DNA of 64,000 nucleotides. It comes from Eledone cirrhosa (lineage: Eukaryota). Shown piece after piece: positions 29,040-41,978 of this stretch. The translations under genes were made by a program, and so were the position numbers. Every line of letters begins with the position of its first letter. The first letter of the stretch is position 1. The notes beneath the pieces were generated by a model that was given only the letters and a program-made list of their open reading frames with translations, did not search any database and was not told the DNA's origin. The stretch spans positions 198,338,001 through 198,402,000 of the forward strand of contig OZ024741.1 of assembly GCA_964016885.1 (NCBI GenBank), given 5' to 3'.

Positions 29040-29228
29040 GTGAGCCCATCGCTACAATCCCCTCGATCTTGGAACCATCTGGGTTGTCCAGAAGTGACGG
29101 GAAAAGACCTGACAACCTTACCCTGTGTCCCTGGTCGAGAGGCGAGGACGTCACAGTTAGTGACTCTTTTGCTTCTTCCCACATCCTGGATGCTGCGGTT
29201 AGGGCGAGAGCCACAGCTTCCACAGCCG
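29040..29228 (+). mobile_element. CRE-clade-like REL endonuclease fragment fused to a truncated SINE (29229-29330)
   Basis: EPSGLSRSDGKRPDNLTLCPWSRG...DVTVSDSFASSH resembles the EPxGLxRxDGKRPDGxTLxPW motif. Confidence 0.7.
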
Positions 29229-29511
29229 TTGAGGTTAACTTTGCCTTTCATCCTTACGGGGTCGATAAAATAAAGTACCAGTAATGCACTGAGATGATTG
29301 CTGGCCTTGTGCCAAAAATAGAAACAATTATATTTCTTTTTATACAACTGTGAATAAACAACTTTCTATGATCGAGCGACCACGTATAGACTTCGTTAAC
29401 TTTACAGATGGAAAGGGGAATTAAATATAAAAACACCGGTTTGTGTACTTTGAACTTTCCTCGTAATTCATACGAAGATATTAAAACGAAATTTTCGTTT
29501 CGCGAATTGAT

Positions 29512-29542
29512 ATGTTAAGAATACTAGCTCGTTCTTCATTCC
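29512..29542 (+). CDS. ECH1: ECH1-like coding exon 1 (MLRILARSSF, presequence-like)
   Basis: ATG followed by a strong donor C|GTGAGT. Phase 1 joins exon 2 in frame (C+CA = Pro). Short exon, inferred from phase and composition. Confidence 0.65.
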
Positions 29543-30824
29543 GTGAGTATTTACTATTTTATTTTATATAATACAAGCGGAAAACCATGTAAGGTTGTTT
29601 GTAAGTTTTAATCAATTTTATTTTTGGAAAATAAACACTGGTGATGTGTATCAAGCTTCATATTGTCTCCATTTGTTTTTTTCTATTTCTAGTGAGTAAC
29701 TTTTTTTTTTTTTTGCATGATCAAGGAACAAATTTATTTCATAAATAACATTACAAATTGTTTGCAATTCTTTCAGAATGAAAATATAAACAGAGCATAT
29801 AAATAAATTTACAGTAGAATAACGTAATAAATATGTTTTAAATATATACATAAATAACATTACAAATGCTTCGATAACACTTGAGGTTAGTATTTGTTTA
29901 TGTTACTTTGTAGGACAAATTTTTGAGATATGGCTAAAAATAACAAATCATTTAATCTGGCACTCTAATCATCATCGTGTTTATGTGATTTTCCATGCTT
30001 GCATTGGACGGGTCCTTCTCAGCACAGCATCTCCCCATTTGACATTCCTTTTCATTTCCTCTGTGAGTCTCAGTAATTTGAAATCAGCTCTCACCACCTC
30101 TACTTAGGTCTCTCTTGGTCTACCTCTACTGCAGCATCCTCCCACTGGCATTTCCTGGCACTTCTTCACACATCGATCATCATCCACGCAGATCACATAT
30201 TCATACCAACAGTCTTCTCTCCTGCACACCACCTCGGATTCTGCTTAAACCCAGCTTCTCCCTCAGTTCATCCAATCTCTGCCTTTCTCAACCAATTCAC
30301 CTAAAATGATGATGATAATGATGATATATATATGTGTGTGTGTGTATGTATCAACTATCCTCATAATTTCAAGGTGAATTGCAAAGCAGTGAAAAAAGAA
30401 TATTCAAAACTGTAGTAGAATAGAAATATATTTATTCAAAGTTAAAATGCTATCAATCACTACGCATTTTCTTAATACTGATTTTCAGGGAATTGTGTTT
30501 GTATTATATACACACAATCCCCTGAAGCTCACAGAGGAGATGACAAAGGAACGCGACAAGATGCTCTAGTGAAAAGGATCCATCCAACTCATGCCGGCAT
30601 GGAACAGTGGATGTAAAATGATGATGATGATAATATATATATTATATATTTTATATATATATCTTTATTTTTAACCGCTGGTCAATCAATGATAAACATT
30701 GATTGCCAAATAAATTAACTATGGAGGTATAAAAGCTACAGAAGCGAAAACCAATCCAAACCAAACAGTGAGTGTGTTCTGTTATTATTTCTGGCAATAT
30801 TATAACAATATACATATACAAGCT

Positions 30825-31282
30825 TACCTTGCCCAATTGCACCTCTCAAAGGCGATGACACAGGACCGAGACCTTTGGCGTTATGCAGTGGTACAGAGGA
30901 CCCGACTTCCAACAGGTACAAGCCGAAGTTGAAGCATATAAACAATATGCCCCCACCCCCCCCACTGCAAAGTGGTTGTGGAGGTGTCATAACAAAAGCA
31001 CCCAGTCCACACTGTAAAGTGGTCGTGTAGGTGTCACGGTAAAAAACACCCAGTCCACACTGTAAAGTAGTCGTGTAGGTGTCGCGGTAAAAAGCACCCA
31101 GTCCACACTGTAAATGAGGTTGGTGTTAGGAAGGGCATCCAGCTGTAGACATCAAGCCAAAATCAGTTCCCGTATGAGCAAGACATGGTCACCCGACCTG
31201 GCATTGCCCACAATAAGACAACCCATCTAACCCATGCTAGCGTGGAAGAATGGATGTAAAACGGGGATGATGATGATGATGA
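30825..31282 (+). mobile_element. RTE 3' end with 3' UTR module and (GAT)n tail
   Basis: Homologous to 53335-53720. Confidence 0.8.
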
Positions 31283-31599
31283 CACACACATATATATATA
31301 TATTAGGTTGAACCTCAATCAGTTCCAGTGGCGAGTATTCCAACTGTTTGAACAATGAAACTAACGTGCAAGTGGCAGAACATTCCATAGATACCCTTAA
31401 AAAATTTCTCAGAGAGATTCAGCATGACACAGTGTATTACAAGTACCACTCATTTTTACCAGCTGGGTGGACTGGAGTATTGTGAAATAAGGTGTCTTGC
31501 TCAAGGACACAATACACTACCAGGAATTCAACTCACAAATTTACAATCATGAGACAAACACTCTGAAAAGTAAGCCATGCACCTTCATATATATTATGT

Positions 31600-32122
31600 G
31601 GTTGGTAGCTTCTGCTATCTAGGTGACATAATTAGAAGAAGAGGGTGCTCTGAGAGCATAATAAGGATAGGGTGGAAGAAGTTTAGAGAGCTACTCCCAC
31701 TGTTGACAAGAAAAGGTTTCTCCCCATGTACAGAAGGATGACTGTATGTTGCCTATGTGCAAAGTGTAATGCTGTACGGTAGTAAAACGTGAGCAGTGAC
31801 TGCAGAGGACATGTGTAGGCTGGAGAGAAATGAAGCAACCATGCTTCATTGGATGTGCAATGTAAATGTGAGAGAAAGGCAGAGGTTCGATGAACTGAGA
31901 GAGAAACTGGGTTTAAAAGGAATCAGAAGTGATATGCAAGAGAGAAGACTGTGTTGGTACAGACATATAATGCACATGTATAATGATTGCTGGGTGAAGA
32001 AGTGCCAGGGAAGCCGCAGTAGAGGTAGACCAAGGAACACTGCAAGTGGAGACAGATACTGTGCTAAAAAGGACCTGTCCAACCCATGCAAGTGTGGAAA
32101 AACAGACGTAAAAATGATGATG
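31600..32122 (+). mobile_element. RTE 3' fragment
   Basis: RLERNEATMLHWMC...QERRLCWYRH; (GAT)n tail. Confidence 0.8.
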
Positions 32123-33659
32123 ATATATACTATATACATACACATATATAGTTTTTGTTTTGTTTCTTATTTATTTGTAGGATGTGGTCATCACAAGAGA
32201 ATATATATAATTAGTGTATGTATATATATCATCACCGTTTAGCGTCCATTTTTCTATGCTTGTATGGGTTAGACAGGTCATCAACACCAGGAGCAAGTCT
32301 GGCCATAGTTCGCCATGTCGCACCTTGCTCCGGCGAGGACTGTAAATATGGCCAGATACAGTTGGATGCCCTTCCTAACACCAATCACATTTACAGTGTG
32401 CATATATATATATATATATACATTCATGTGCATCTCTGGGGTGGTGTTGAACACCACAAGCCTCATGGAAGGCAGCCCATCCAGGTGGGCAGTCACTGCA
32501 AATAATTAGGACAACGCGGGAGTAGATGTGGACTCTGTAAACTATATGGCAAGCATCTCATCAAAGAAGGCAGTTACTCTGAATAAATAAGACTGCACAG
32601 GATATATAAGGGCTCCATAAGCCTTGGCAAAGGTAGCTTATCTAGGAGGGCAGTTACTTCAAATAAAATATGACTGTACTGGGCAGACATGGGCTTCATA
32701 AGCCGTAATGAAGGCAATCCATCTAGGAGAGCAGTCACTCTGAATAAAAACTAATGAGGGCTCTTAAGTCCTCTCTAGTACTGGTGGCATGTATAATTCA
32801 CCTAGTCCTCACTAACTTCATACCTGTCTCCCTCTCCTTCCACAGAGCAGAGATAGTGCCATGAAAATGCACCCAGTACACTCTGTATGGGTGGTTGGTG
32901 CCGAGAAAGGCACCACACTCTGCTGTAAAACCTATGACTAAAAGGGTTGGGAGGGCCCTTTAGTTGTGTCAAAGACACAACCTCTTTAGTGTTGCTGATC
33001 TACATGAGAAACAAACCCAGTTCATGTAAATTGGTTGGCATCTAGCTAATGTTTGAAAACAATGGTCATGACAACCTCCCTAGTGTTGGTGATCTACACA
33101 ATAAACACACCCAGTATATGCTGTAAAGTGGTTGGTGATAGGAAAGGCATCCATCCATAGAAGGTCTGCCAAACAAAGGGATGGGAGGACCCTTTAGTTT
33201 GTGTCAAAAAATATAACTTCTCTGCACTTGATTGAACAATAACCGTATGTAAGCAAGATGCAAACTCCTCTATAAAAACCTGTCCAACCCTTACTAGTAG
33301 GGAAAGCAGCCATTAAAGGATAATTATGATGATATTTTGTCTGAAAATCCTATTCCATTATTAACTAGCTAATCTAGAAAATCATTGTAGCTGTTCTAGT
33401 TTTTAACCTTTCACTAGATATAGAGTCATACACTGTACTTTCTGTTTATCATACTACCTATATATAACTACTGCTTGTCATTTGAACTATATTGCTCTTA
33501 TCAGCTAAAATACCCAGGAGAAAAAGAATGCCAACAAATGACACTAGTTTTCCTGGATTCTGGTATTCATCATCATTTTCTCATCTTTTCTATGCTTGCA
33601 TAGGTTGGGATGAAACATTTTAAGGCAGGTTTTTTTCAGCCTGACATCAAACCAAAATG

Positions 33660-35005
33660 TGTGTATATATATATATCCAGACGTTATTAAAGACAGGTTC
33701 TATGAGTCTTTAATGCTCACTACCTCCCAGATACCCAACAGTGACTATATAATTATTGCTGGTGACCTTAATGGTCATGTTGGACAACATTGTGATGGCT
33801 ATGATGGTGTCCATGGGGATTATGGGTTTGGTACTAGAAATGAGGAAGGCTTCAGGATCCTGGAATTCTGTGATGCAAATGACCTGACTGTCTGTAACAC
33901 AAACTTCAAAAAAACGTGACAGTTATTTGATCACGTATAGATCAGGGGAGAACACTAGCCAGATAGATTTTACCCTTACTAGAAAACGAGACAGAGTGTC
34001 TGTTATGAACACTAAGTCCCTCCCTCGCAAAGAATGTGCCTCCCAACATAACTTAGTAGTTAGTGACCTCATAGTCAGGGCCAGACGTACTTGCTGGCAG
34101 AGGAATACCTTAAGGAGAAGATTATGGAAGTTGAAGACCCCCCACAGCCAGTAACAAATTTAAAAGCATATTACTTGATGCTTTTGATAGTAAGGAAGAA
34201 CAATTAGAGTCATACAATATAGAGGAACAGTTGGAATTCCTGAAAGTTAACCTGTTGAAGCAACTGAGGAAATCTGTGGCTGGAGCAGACCGTTAGGCAG
34301 GAGAGTGACATGGTGGTGGAACAGTAAGGTGGCGAAGTCCATCAAGGGCAAAAAGCAGGATGGGGGTAGTAGAGAACTCTATTGGGTAGCTAGGAGAGAA
34401 GCTTGACAACAAGTATACTTTGCAAAGAGGGAAGCAGAGGATAGTAAGTTCAAGCATATTCTACAACAGGAAGACCAAAGACGTGAGGTATTCAGGATTG
34501 CGAGGCAATGTGTCAAGGAGAATTGTGGTATTGTCAGGGCGACGTGCGTCCATAATGACAATGGTGTACTTGCCCTCACTGATATTGATAAGAAGGTAGC
34601 TTAGAAGTGTCACTATGAGAGACTACTGAATGTGGAGAATGAATGGAATAAAGATAGTCTGCCCCACATCGATCCAACAGAAAGACCAGCTGTGCAAGTT
34701 AATGGTAGTATAGTAAGTAAAGCAATCAAAATATGATGACATGCAAAGCAGCTGGGCCTTCGGAGATAGTTGCTGAAATGTTGAAGGTATCTGGAATGGT
34801 AGGACATACTATGGTCATCCGGATTGTAAACCAAGTAACACAGAATGGGGTCATACCAAATGACTGGTGTAGCAGCAGCATCGTCAACTGTAAAAAGGGC
34901 AAAAGAGACGCCCTGGATAGAAACTATAGGGGCATTAAATTAGTTGACCAGGTCATGAAAGTCACAGAGTTATTTTTTAACTGATTACAGACCAAATTGA
35001 TCTAG
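33660..35005 (+). mobile_element. RTE fragment (APE endonuclease to RT N-terminus), decayed
   Basis: AGDLNGHVG...GFGTRNEEG, SQIDF, KAAGPS, NYRGIKL. Confidence 0.85.
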
Positions 35006-35007
35006 AT

Positions 35008-35800
35008 CACAGGTTCTCTACCCATTTAAGCCAATGCCTTCTTTTGCCCCTCAAAATCACGAAACCAGTTGAATTTGTTATATTCCCACCAGGTGATACC
35101 AGCTATTTTGAACATTTATACAAGAGCAACTCTGTCTATCCAAAGAGTGCTCTTATCTGGAAGAAAGTGGCAATTATATCATTTAAAAGCTTTCCATGAA
35201 ACGGACACAATAAATGTTGATATTTAACTTGATGTCCCCTCCGCTTTGTGAGATTAGAGACCACAAAAGAGGGTTTTCATGACCATGTAAGAAGGTATAT
35301 TTATTAGTAAATGGTAAAATATATACAACAAATGAGTAAGTGAATTGTAGTAGATGGTTTCCAGTCCAGTCAGACTGCAACTACAAATAAAAAAAATTGT
35401 TAGTTTGCTTCGTAACAATAGCATATCCAAGTTTTCAGATAAATCAACTTACTTTAACTTTGACCTCATTTCAATGGGACCCTTGAACTTTATGGAGTCT
35501 AGCTAACTTTTTGACGTCAGGCTGGATTTTCGTAAGATGTAGCCGGAGATCTCCACGTGTAATTACATTGTAGTGGTTCTGAGCCTTACTGTGCAGTCCG
35601 GAAACAGCGCCAATCCCCCTCTCGATTAAGTTTGAGCTTGGAAAAGGCAGAGAAAATCTCTTAGCCTCTGCATGTAGGAGTGGAAATTGACACTGAATTT
35701 CCTCTTGCATCCAGAAAAGGGGTTCACCTATTTTTGAAAATCTAATTTTGATTATGTCATCTGTTTGAAGGTTAATGAATTCTTTCTGAAATTTAACGTC
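35008..35800 (-). mobile_element. hAT (Buster/Charlie-like) transposase C-terminal relic
   Basis: ORF 35471-35710: FPSSNLIERG...RGDLRLHLTKIQPDVKKL...QGSH*. Confidence 0.7.
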
Positions 35801-36198
35801 TTTTTTGCTTTTCTGTTTTCCCTTTCCTTTTCTTTTTTATTTGTAATATTATTTATACAATTGGGAATAAAATAGATCTACATTGTGATAACTCTTTGCG
35901 GTTGAATCAATAATTTCAAACATGAAATACATTGTTATCGGTGAAGGAGAGACAAGATTCTAACTGGCTGCACTCAAAGTGTCCTTCACCCATTTGACTG
36001 AGCTTTTCTATTTTTAGGATCTCAGTTGCCGGTTAATGTCTAGACACGCATGCACACCTGCTCGCAGCTTCGAAATGATTCGTAAATCATAGACAGTGTC
36101 TTTTATTAGAAATATGGTAATGAAAGGGTTAATTCCTAATTAACCAAAACTTACTATACACTAATATAAAGAAATACTTTTTTTTTTTTACTTTACAG

Positions 36199-36364
36199 CA
36201 ACCAGGTTACTTGCTGCTAACCCAGGTACATATAGAACTTTGACCATGGCAACCACAGACTACCAATATGAAACCTTGACAGTCACTAAACCAAGAGAAT
36301 GGGTATTTAATGTAGAATTAAACCGACCTGACAAAAGAAATGCCATCAATAGAACTTTATCAGT
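36199..36364 (+). CDS. ECH1: ECH1-like delta(3,5)-delta(2,4)-dienoyl-CoA isomerase, exon 2
   Basis: Polypyrimidine tract and CAG acceptor; YETLTVTKPREWVFNVELNRPDKRNAIN (crotonase LNRPxKxNA); donor GTAGGT, phase 2. Confidence 0.88.
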
Positions 36365-36504
36365 GTAGGTTGATAAATTTTGTTTCTGTTATGTTATTTA
36401 ATGTTACAGTTGTCAAGTAAAACTTGATCATTTGAAAAACATCTGAGTTTTGATTCAGCTGAACTACTTGATTATAGTATATGTCATTATGAAAGGCAAA
36501 AGGG

Positions 36505-36722
36505 AGGGGGAATTGACAGTATTGGTAGAGCATCAGATAACGTGCTTTGTGGCACATATTTATGTCCCTTTACGTTCTGGATTCAAATACCGCTGAGATT
36601 AGCTTTACCTTTCATTCTTATGGGGTTGATACAATAAAGCACTAATAACACACTAGGATGAATTCAAAGGACATTCCCCTTCCCTTCAAATTGCTGGCCT
36701 TGTGCCAAAGGTATAAACAATT
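36505..36722 (+). mobile_element. SINE family A long form, diverged
   Basis: Similar to 20437-20650 and 56866-57082. Confidence 0.75.
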
Positions 36723-36784
36723 ATGAAATTTTCATAATCAAGTAATTTATTCAACTCTTGTTAAATATCTTTAATATTGAGTAA

Positions 36785-38824
36785 AATGTAGGTTTAGCTG
36801 CTGTATGTTAAGTGTTTTAATGTTGGTTTAGCTGCTGTATGGTGGTTTTAATGTAGGTTTAGCTGTTGTGTGATGATTTTAATATAGGTTTAGCTGTTGT
36901 GTAGTGATTTTAATGTAGGTTTAGCTGCTGTATGGTGATTTAAATGTAGGTTTAGCTGTTGTATGCTGATTTTTAATGTAGGTTTAGCTGCAGTATGGTG
37001 GTTTTAATGTAGGTTTAGCTGCTGTATGGTGGTTTTAATATAGGTTTAGCCGCTGTATGGTAGTTTTAATGTAGGTTTAGCTATTGTATGGTGATTTTAA
37101 TATAGGTTTAGCTGTTATGTGGTGATTTTAATGTAGCTTTAGCTGTTGTGTGGTGATTTTAATGTAGGTTTAGCTGCTGGGTAGTGATTTTAATGTAGGT
37201 TTAGCTGTTGTATGGTGATTTTTAATGTAGGTTTAGCTGTTGTATGGTGGTTTAAATGTAGGTTTAGCTGCTGTATGGTGGTTTAAATGTAGGTTTAGCT
37301 GCTGTATGGTGGTTTTAATGTAGGTTTAGCTGCTGTATGGTGGTTTAAATGTAGGTTTAGCTGCTGTATGGTGGTTTAAATGTAGGTTTAGCTGTTGTGT
37401 GGTGATTTTAATGTATTGTAGGTTTAGCTGCTGTGTGGTGATTTTAATGTAGGTTTAGCTGCTGTATAGTGATTTTAATGTAGGTTTAGCTGCTGTATAG
37501 TGATGTTAATGTAGGTTTAACTGTTGTATGGTAAGTTTAATGTAGGTTTAGCTGCTGTATGGTGATTTTAATGTAGGTTTAGCTGTTGTGTGGTGATTTT
37601 AATGTAGGTTTAGCTTGTAGCAAGCTACTTTCCTTTGGCGCATTGATAGGCTATTCGTGTGTGATTTGGCTAAGTCAAGCCAATCGTGAGCCGCGCACGG
37701 ATATGCATTTTCAACTTCTGCCCAAACGAAGATTTTCCTGCTACTTTCGATAAACTTTTTCTCTTGCAACTTTGATCAGGGAAAGGTAAACACCATTTTT
37801 CTTTTGCCGTAAACCACTAGCCAATATGTAATGACAACAACATAACTGCGGCCTGGCCAACACCTCAGCCAGTTCACCGTACCTTCTAAACTTGTTTATT
37901 CATTTGTTTGGCATGCCAGCTCAACCCAGCTCAACCTTTGTAATTGGTTTGTAAATAAATTATGTAAAAAAACATTGTAAAGTCTTGTGATGCTATTACC
38001 ACAGCCATGCCTATAAATGGATATGGAAAGATCCTTTCCAGAGTTATCACAGCAGCAACAGAACCTGAGACTTACAGCCGAACCTCAATTCAACTAACAT
38101 TACCATATAACAAAACCATTACATTTATTGATATAACAAAACCATACCTTTCCTGTTATAACAAAATACATCATTATTATTATTATTGTCGTTGATATTA
38201 TTATTACATGGTATAATATTATTTAACAGCTAAACTGGTGACTATTAAATTGGTGACCTCTGTTGATACAAATATTAAATTGGTGACCTCTGTTGATACA
38301 AATATTATTATCATTATTTTATAACCTGCTAAAAGCTGTTGTATGGTAAGTAAGTTTACTGTAGGTTTAGCTGCTGTGTGGTGAGTTTAATGTAGGTTTA
38401 GCTGCTGTGTGGTGTGTTTAATGTTGGTTTAGCTGCTGTGTGGGGATTCTAATGTAGGTCTAGCTGTTGTGTGGTGATTTTAATGTAGGTTTAGCTGTTG
38501 TGTGGTGATTTTAATGTAGGTTTAGCTGCTGTGTGGTGATTTTAATGTATTGTAGGTTTAGCTGCTGTGGTGATTTTAATGTAGGTTTAGCTGTTGTGTG
38601 GTGATTTTAATGTAGGTTTAGCTGCTGAATGGTGATTTTAATGTATTGTAGGTTTAGCTGCTGTATGGTGATTTTAATGTATTGTAGGTTTAGCTGTTGT
38701 GTGGTGATTTTAATGTAGGTTTAGCTGTTGTGTGGTGATTTTAATGTAGGTTTAGCTGCTGTATAGTGATGTTAATGTAGGTTTAACTGTTGTATGGTAA
38801 GTTTAATGTAGGTTTAGCTGCTGT
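36785..38824. repeat. 31-bp minisatellite (AATGTAGGTTTAGCTGCTGTATGGTGATTTT) in two blocks, 36785-37615 and 38334-38824
   Basis: Period of 31 (for example 36850 and 36881); roughly 27 + 16 units; no unique spacers. Confidence 0.95.
37616..38333 (+). mobile_element. 718-bp insertion, probable solo LTR
   Basis: Flanked by a 4-bp duplication AGCT (37612-37615 and 38334-38337); termini TGTAGCA...TGCTAAA; internal TATAAA near 38012. Confidence 0.6.
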
Positions 38825-39614
38825 CATGAGTCCAGAAATTTTAATTAATTAAAAGTACATCCGTATTGAGAAGAAATCGTTGAATATTATCATCATGAAT
38901 ATTAGAGGAGATAACCCCAAAATTTAAATTAAATTAAATTAAAAAGAATGTGAGCATATAGTAGGGATGTGTTTAATATTGACAATATCGCAACAACTCA
39001 GGACATATTTCAGTCTCATTAGACTTCCTTAGTGAAGTATAGTTTTACTGCCAGATCTTAAGATGATGGAGAAATATGCAGGCTCTTAGTGAATGAATAC
39101 TGTAGGATAACTAGAATCCAGAGCAAGCATGATTAAGATGAGTAAGTATCATAAGAAACTTGAGGTCAATACTGCAGGCTCCCAAGACACACTTTAATTA
39201 CACATACTGCTTACAACAGTAAGCTCCATCTAATCACCACATCTGTTTAGTTCTAAAAGTACTTCACTCACACAAAAATCAATGTGGTTTATAGTATCAT
39301 AACAAAAAACATCCAGCCCTCACTAATGTAGTCATGTAGGTGTCACGACAAAAAGCACCCAACACACACTGTAAATTTGGTTGGCATTAGAAAGGGCCTC
39401 CAGTCGTAGAAACCTAGTTAGAAACATTCTGTTGAGCAAGACACGGTCACCTGACCCAACTTGCCTCTAATGAGACAACCCATCTAACCCATGCTAGTGT
39501 GGAAAGTCAACTTTATCTTTCATTTTTTCGAGATCAATAAAAAATGTACCAGTTCAGTTTTGAGGTCAATTATTCCTCTCTCTCTCTCTCTCTCTCCCTC
39601 TCTCTCTCTCTATA

Positions 39615-39882
39615 CTGAGGTGGTATGGACATGTGATGCGCATGGAGGATGACCGATGGGTGAAGAAGTGCCAGGAATTGCCAGTTGAAGGAAGACGTGG
39701 TAGAGGTAGACGACGAAAAACATGGGCGGAGGTGGTGAGAACAGACCTCAGATCATTGAAGCTCACGGTGGAGATGACGAGGGACCGTGACGAGTGGAGA
39801 GATGCTGTGCTGAATAAGACCCGTCCCACCCTTGCAAGCAGGGAAAAGCGGACGTAAAATGATGATGATGATGTTGATGATG
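39615..39882 (+). mobile_element. RTE (second subfamily) 3' end with (GAT)n tail
   Basis: LRWYGHVMRMEDDRWVKKC...GRRGRGR; tail CCCACCCTTGCAAGCAGGGAAAAGCGGACGTAAAATGATGATG. Confidence 0.85.
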
Positions 39883-40202
39883 ATATATATCAGAAATCAA
39901 CTGGAGAGGGGCTGGGCTCTACCAAGTTCACAAAAGTGCCTCTACGACTCCATCAGAAGTTACAGGTCCATACAAACATTGTCACCTGTTTAGAGAAATG
40001 AAAGCTTTAGTTGCACCTTACATTTTGGTCCTTTTCTAGTCAGGCCTACTCTTGAGTATATTTGGATCACTAATTTCAAATATACCTTCAGTTTTGCACA
40101 GTCGGTTTTTAATTAAGGATCTACTATTTTAATACAAAAATAACAATAATATGAATGTTACTAATGTATTATATGCTATTAAAACAACCACATATAACTA
40201 AA

Positions 40203-41506
40203 GGGTCATTCCATCTCAAATCACCCAGAGGGTCCCAGGTCACTCCCTCAGACCCCCTTGAAAAAATTCATACTAGATCCAGTACCTATATGATGGAAAA
40301 ATATAAAGTATTAGGTCAATATCTTTGATAGTTTTGAAATTGTAGGCCTTTAAAATATTTATTAAATATACATTTTTTTCTGAACGAGCTTCTCGGACCA
40401 ATTTGAGACAGCCATTTCTCCTCCAATAAGGTAAGGACGCCATCTACAGGACTCTGAAAATTGCCAAGAATTAAACGTACAGCAAATGTATGCCTCTTTT
40501 AGGTATCTCTATCTCAATAGGTACACTAGATAAAGCGACCATAATTGTTTTCCTGTTACTTAGTATATAGTAGACCATTTCTGAGCAGTAACCATGTTAG
40601 TTACTATTATGGGAGTGTCAGAATAAGTTTCAAAAAATGCCCATTTGAAGGCCTTAGTTGACCATGTGGGCAGTTCACTATCGTTTTCTAATTTTTACCA
40701 TGCATTCTTATACTTCTGAAGATGATGTGATAGAAATTTGGTTTTGTTGTTGAGCTTCTTTTCAGAGTTGTGAATATTTAGAAATTCAGTTGTCAGTGCT
40801 TTGTACAGGATCAACTTTTTCATAAAACATGGATATAAAACAGCATGTTGCATGCCTGTGAATGGTGTCCTGGGAAAGACGCATTACAAGAGTACCTCAA
40901 TAGTCAGTTAGATAGTCAAGAGTTTCATGAAGGTGATATGATTAAATAATTGTTTCTACTTTAGGCACAAGGCCAGCAATTACCCAGTGCATTACTGGTA
41001 CTTTATTTTATCGACCCCGTAAGGATGAAAGACAAAGTTAACCTCGGCGGGATTTGAACTCAGATCGTAAAGGGACGTAACTATGCTGGAAAGCAAGGCG
41101 TCCGACCCTCTACCGATACTGCCAATCCACCGCCAATGATATGATTAAATAATGGGTGCACAATGATAGAACAATGTTGTATCACTTGAAGCTACTGCAG
41201 CAAATTTCATTGATATCATGTGTGAATCATTCTGTAGCTTACACAACACCACTTTATTGCAAAAGCGCAATCTGTGGCTCTGAATGCATTTAAAGAAATG
41301 CTTCAGTATAATGAAGCCATCAAATTACTTGATTTTGCAGAAAATTATAGCTATTAATTCTGTACAAATTGTGGGAATAGAGTGAGAATTTTGTTCAGGT
41401 CACTTGAACTAATTGTGTAGGTGCAGGCACTTCTACCTTGAACAATTGGTGTACTGATTACACATGACATTTTTCTGAAACTGGGTGATTTGATATGGAA
41501 TAACCC
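40203..41506 (+). mobile_element. Sola2-like non-autonomous DNA transposon
   Basis: TIRs GGGTCATTCCATCTCAAATCACCCAG / CTGGGTGATTTGATATGGAATAACCC; 4-bp TSD TAAA; residual HHFIAKAQS and LLDFAENYS motifs. Confidence 0.8.
40951..41136 (-). mobile_element. SINE family A with 17-bp TSD, nested in the Sola2-like element
   Basis: TGATATGATTAAATAAT at 40934-40950 and 41137-41153. Confidence 0.92.
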
Positions 41507-41599
41507 TAAATCAGTTTATTTCAGCACAAAGAAACTTACTGTGCACAGTATTAGAATCTGTAATATTTGTAACTCAAATAAAAACACAAAACATTGTAT

Positions 41600-41978
41600 A
41601 TAACAACCCTGAGCATCTTTTTGAATTCAATGTGTCTAACACTTGTGGGCATGCCTACAAAGTCAGAAAACAACACAGCTCCCATGACTTTCGGAAACAT
41701 TTTTTCATGCTCAGAGTTGCTGAAGCATGGAACAAACTACCTGCGTCAGTTGTTAGCTGCCGAGACACTGCATCCTTTAAAACCTCCATGCTTCCTGAGA
41801 TTCGCCAACGCTACACCTAATATTCCCCCTCCATACACACGCACACATGTATATCATGACTGATACTGTTCACTTTGCTGACATTTGTACATTATTCTAT
41901 GTACTATACATGCACCTTTGATGAGTTGTAGTGCACCTGAGCACTGTACACAATAATTTCATTATTATTATTATTATT
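41600..41978 (+). mobile_element. CR1-clade LINE 3' end with (ATT)n tail
   Basis: TCGHAYKV...RKHFFMLRVAEAWNKLP...SFK. Confidence 0.8.

Noticed and set aside
36785-38824. CRISPR-like regular repeat
   Set aside because: Units are contiguous with no unique spacers, there are no cas genes, and the context is a eukaryotic intron.
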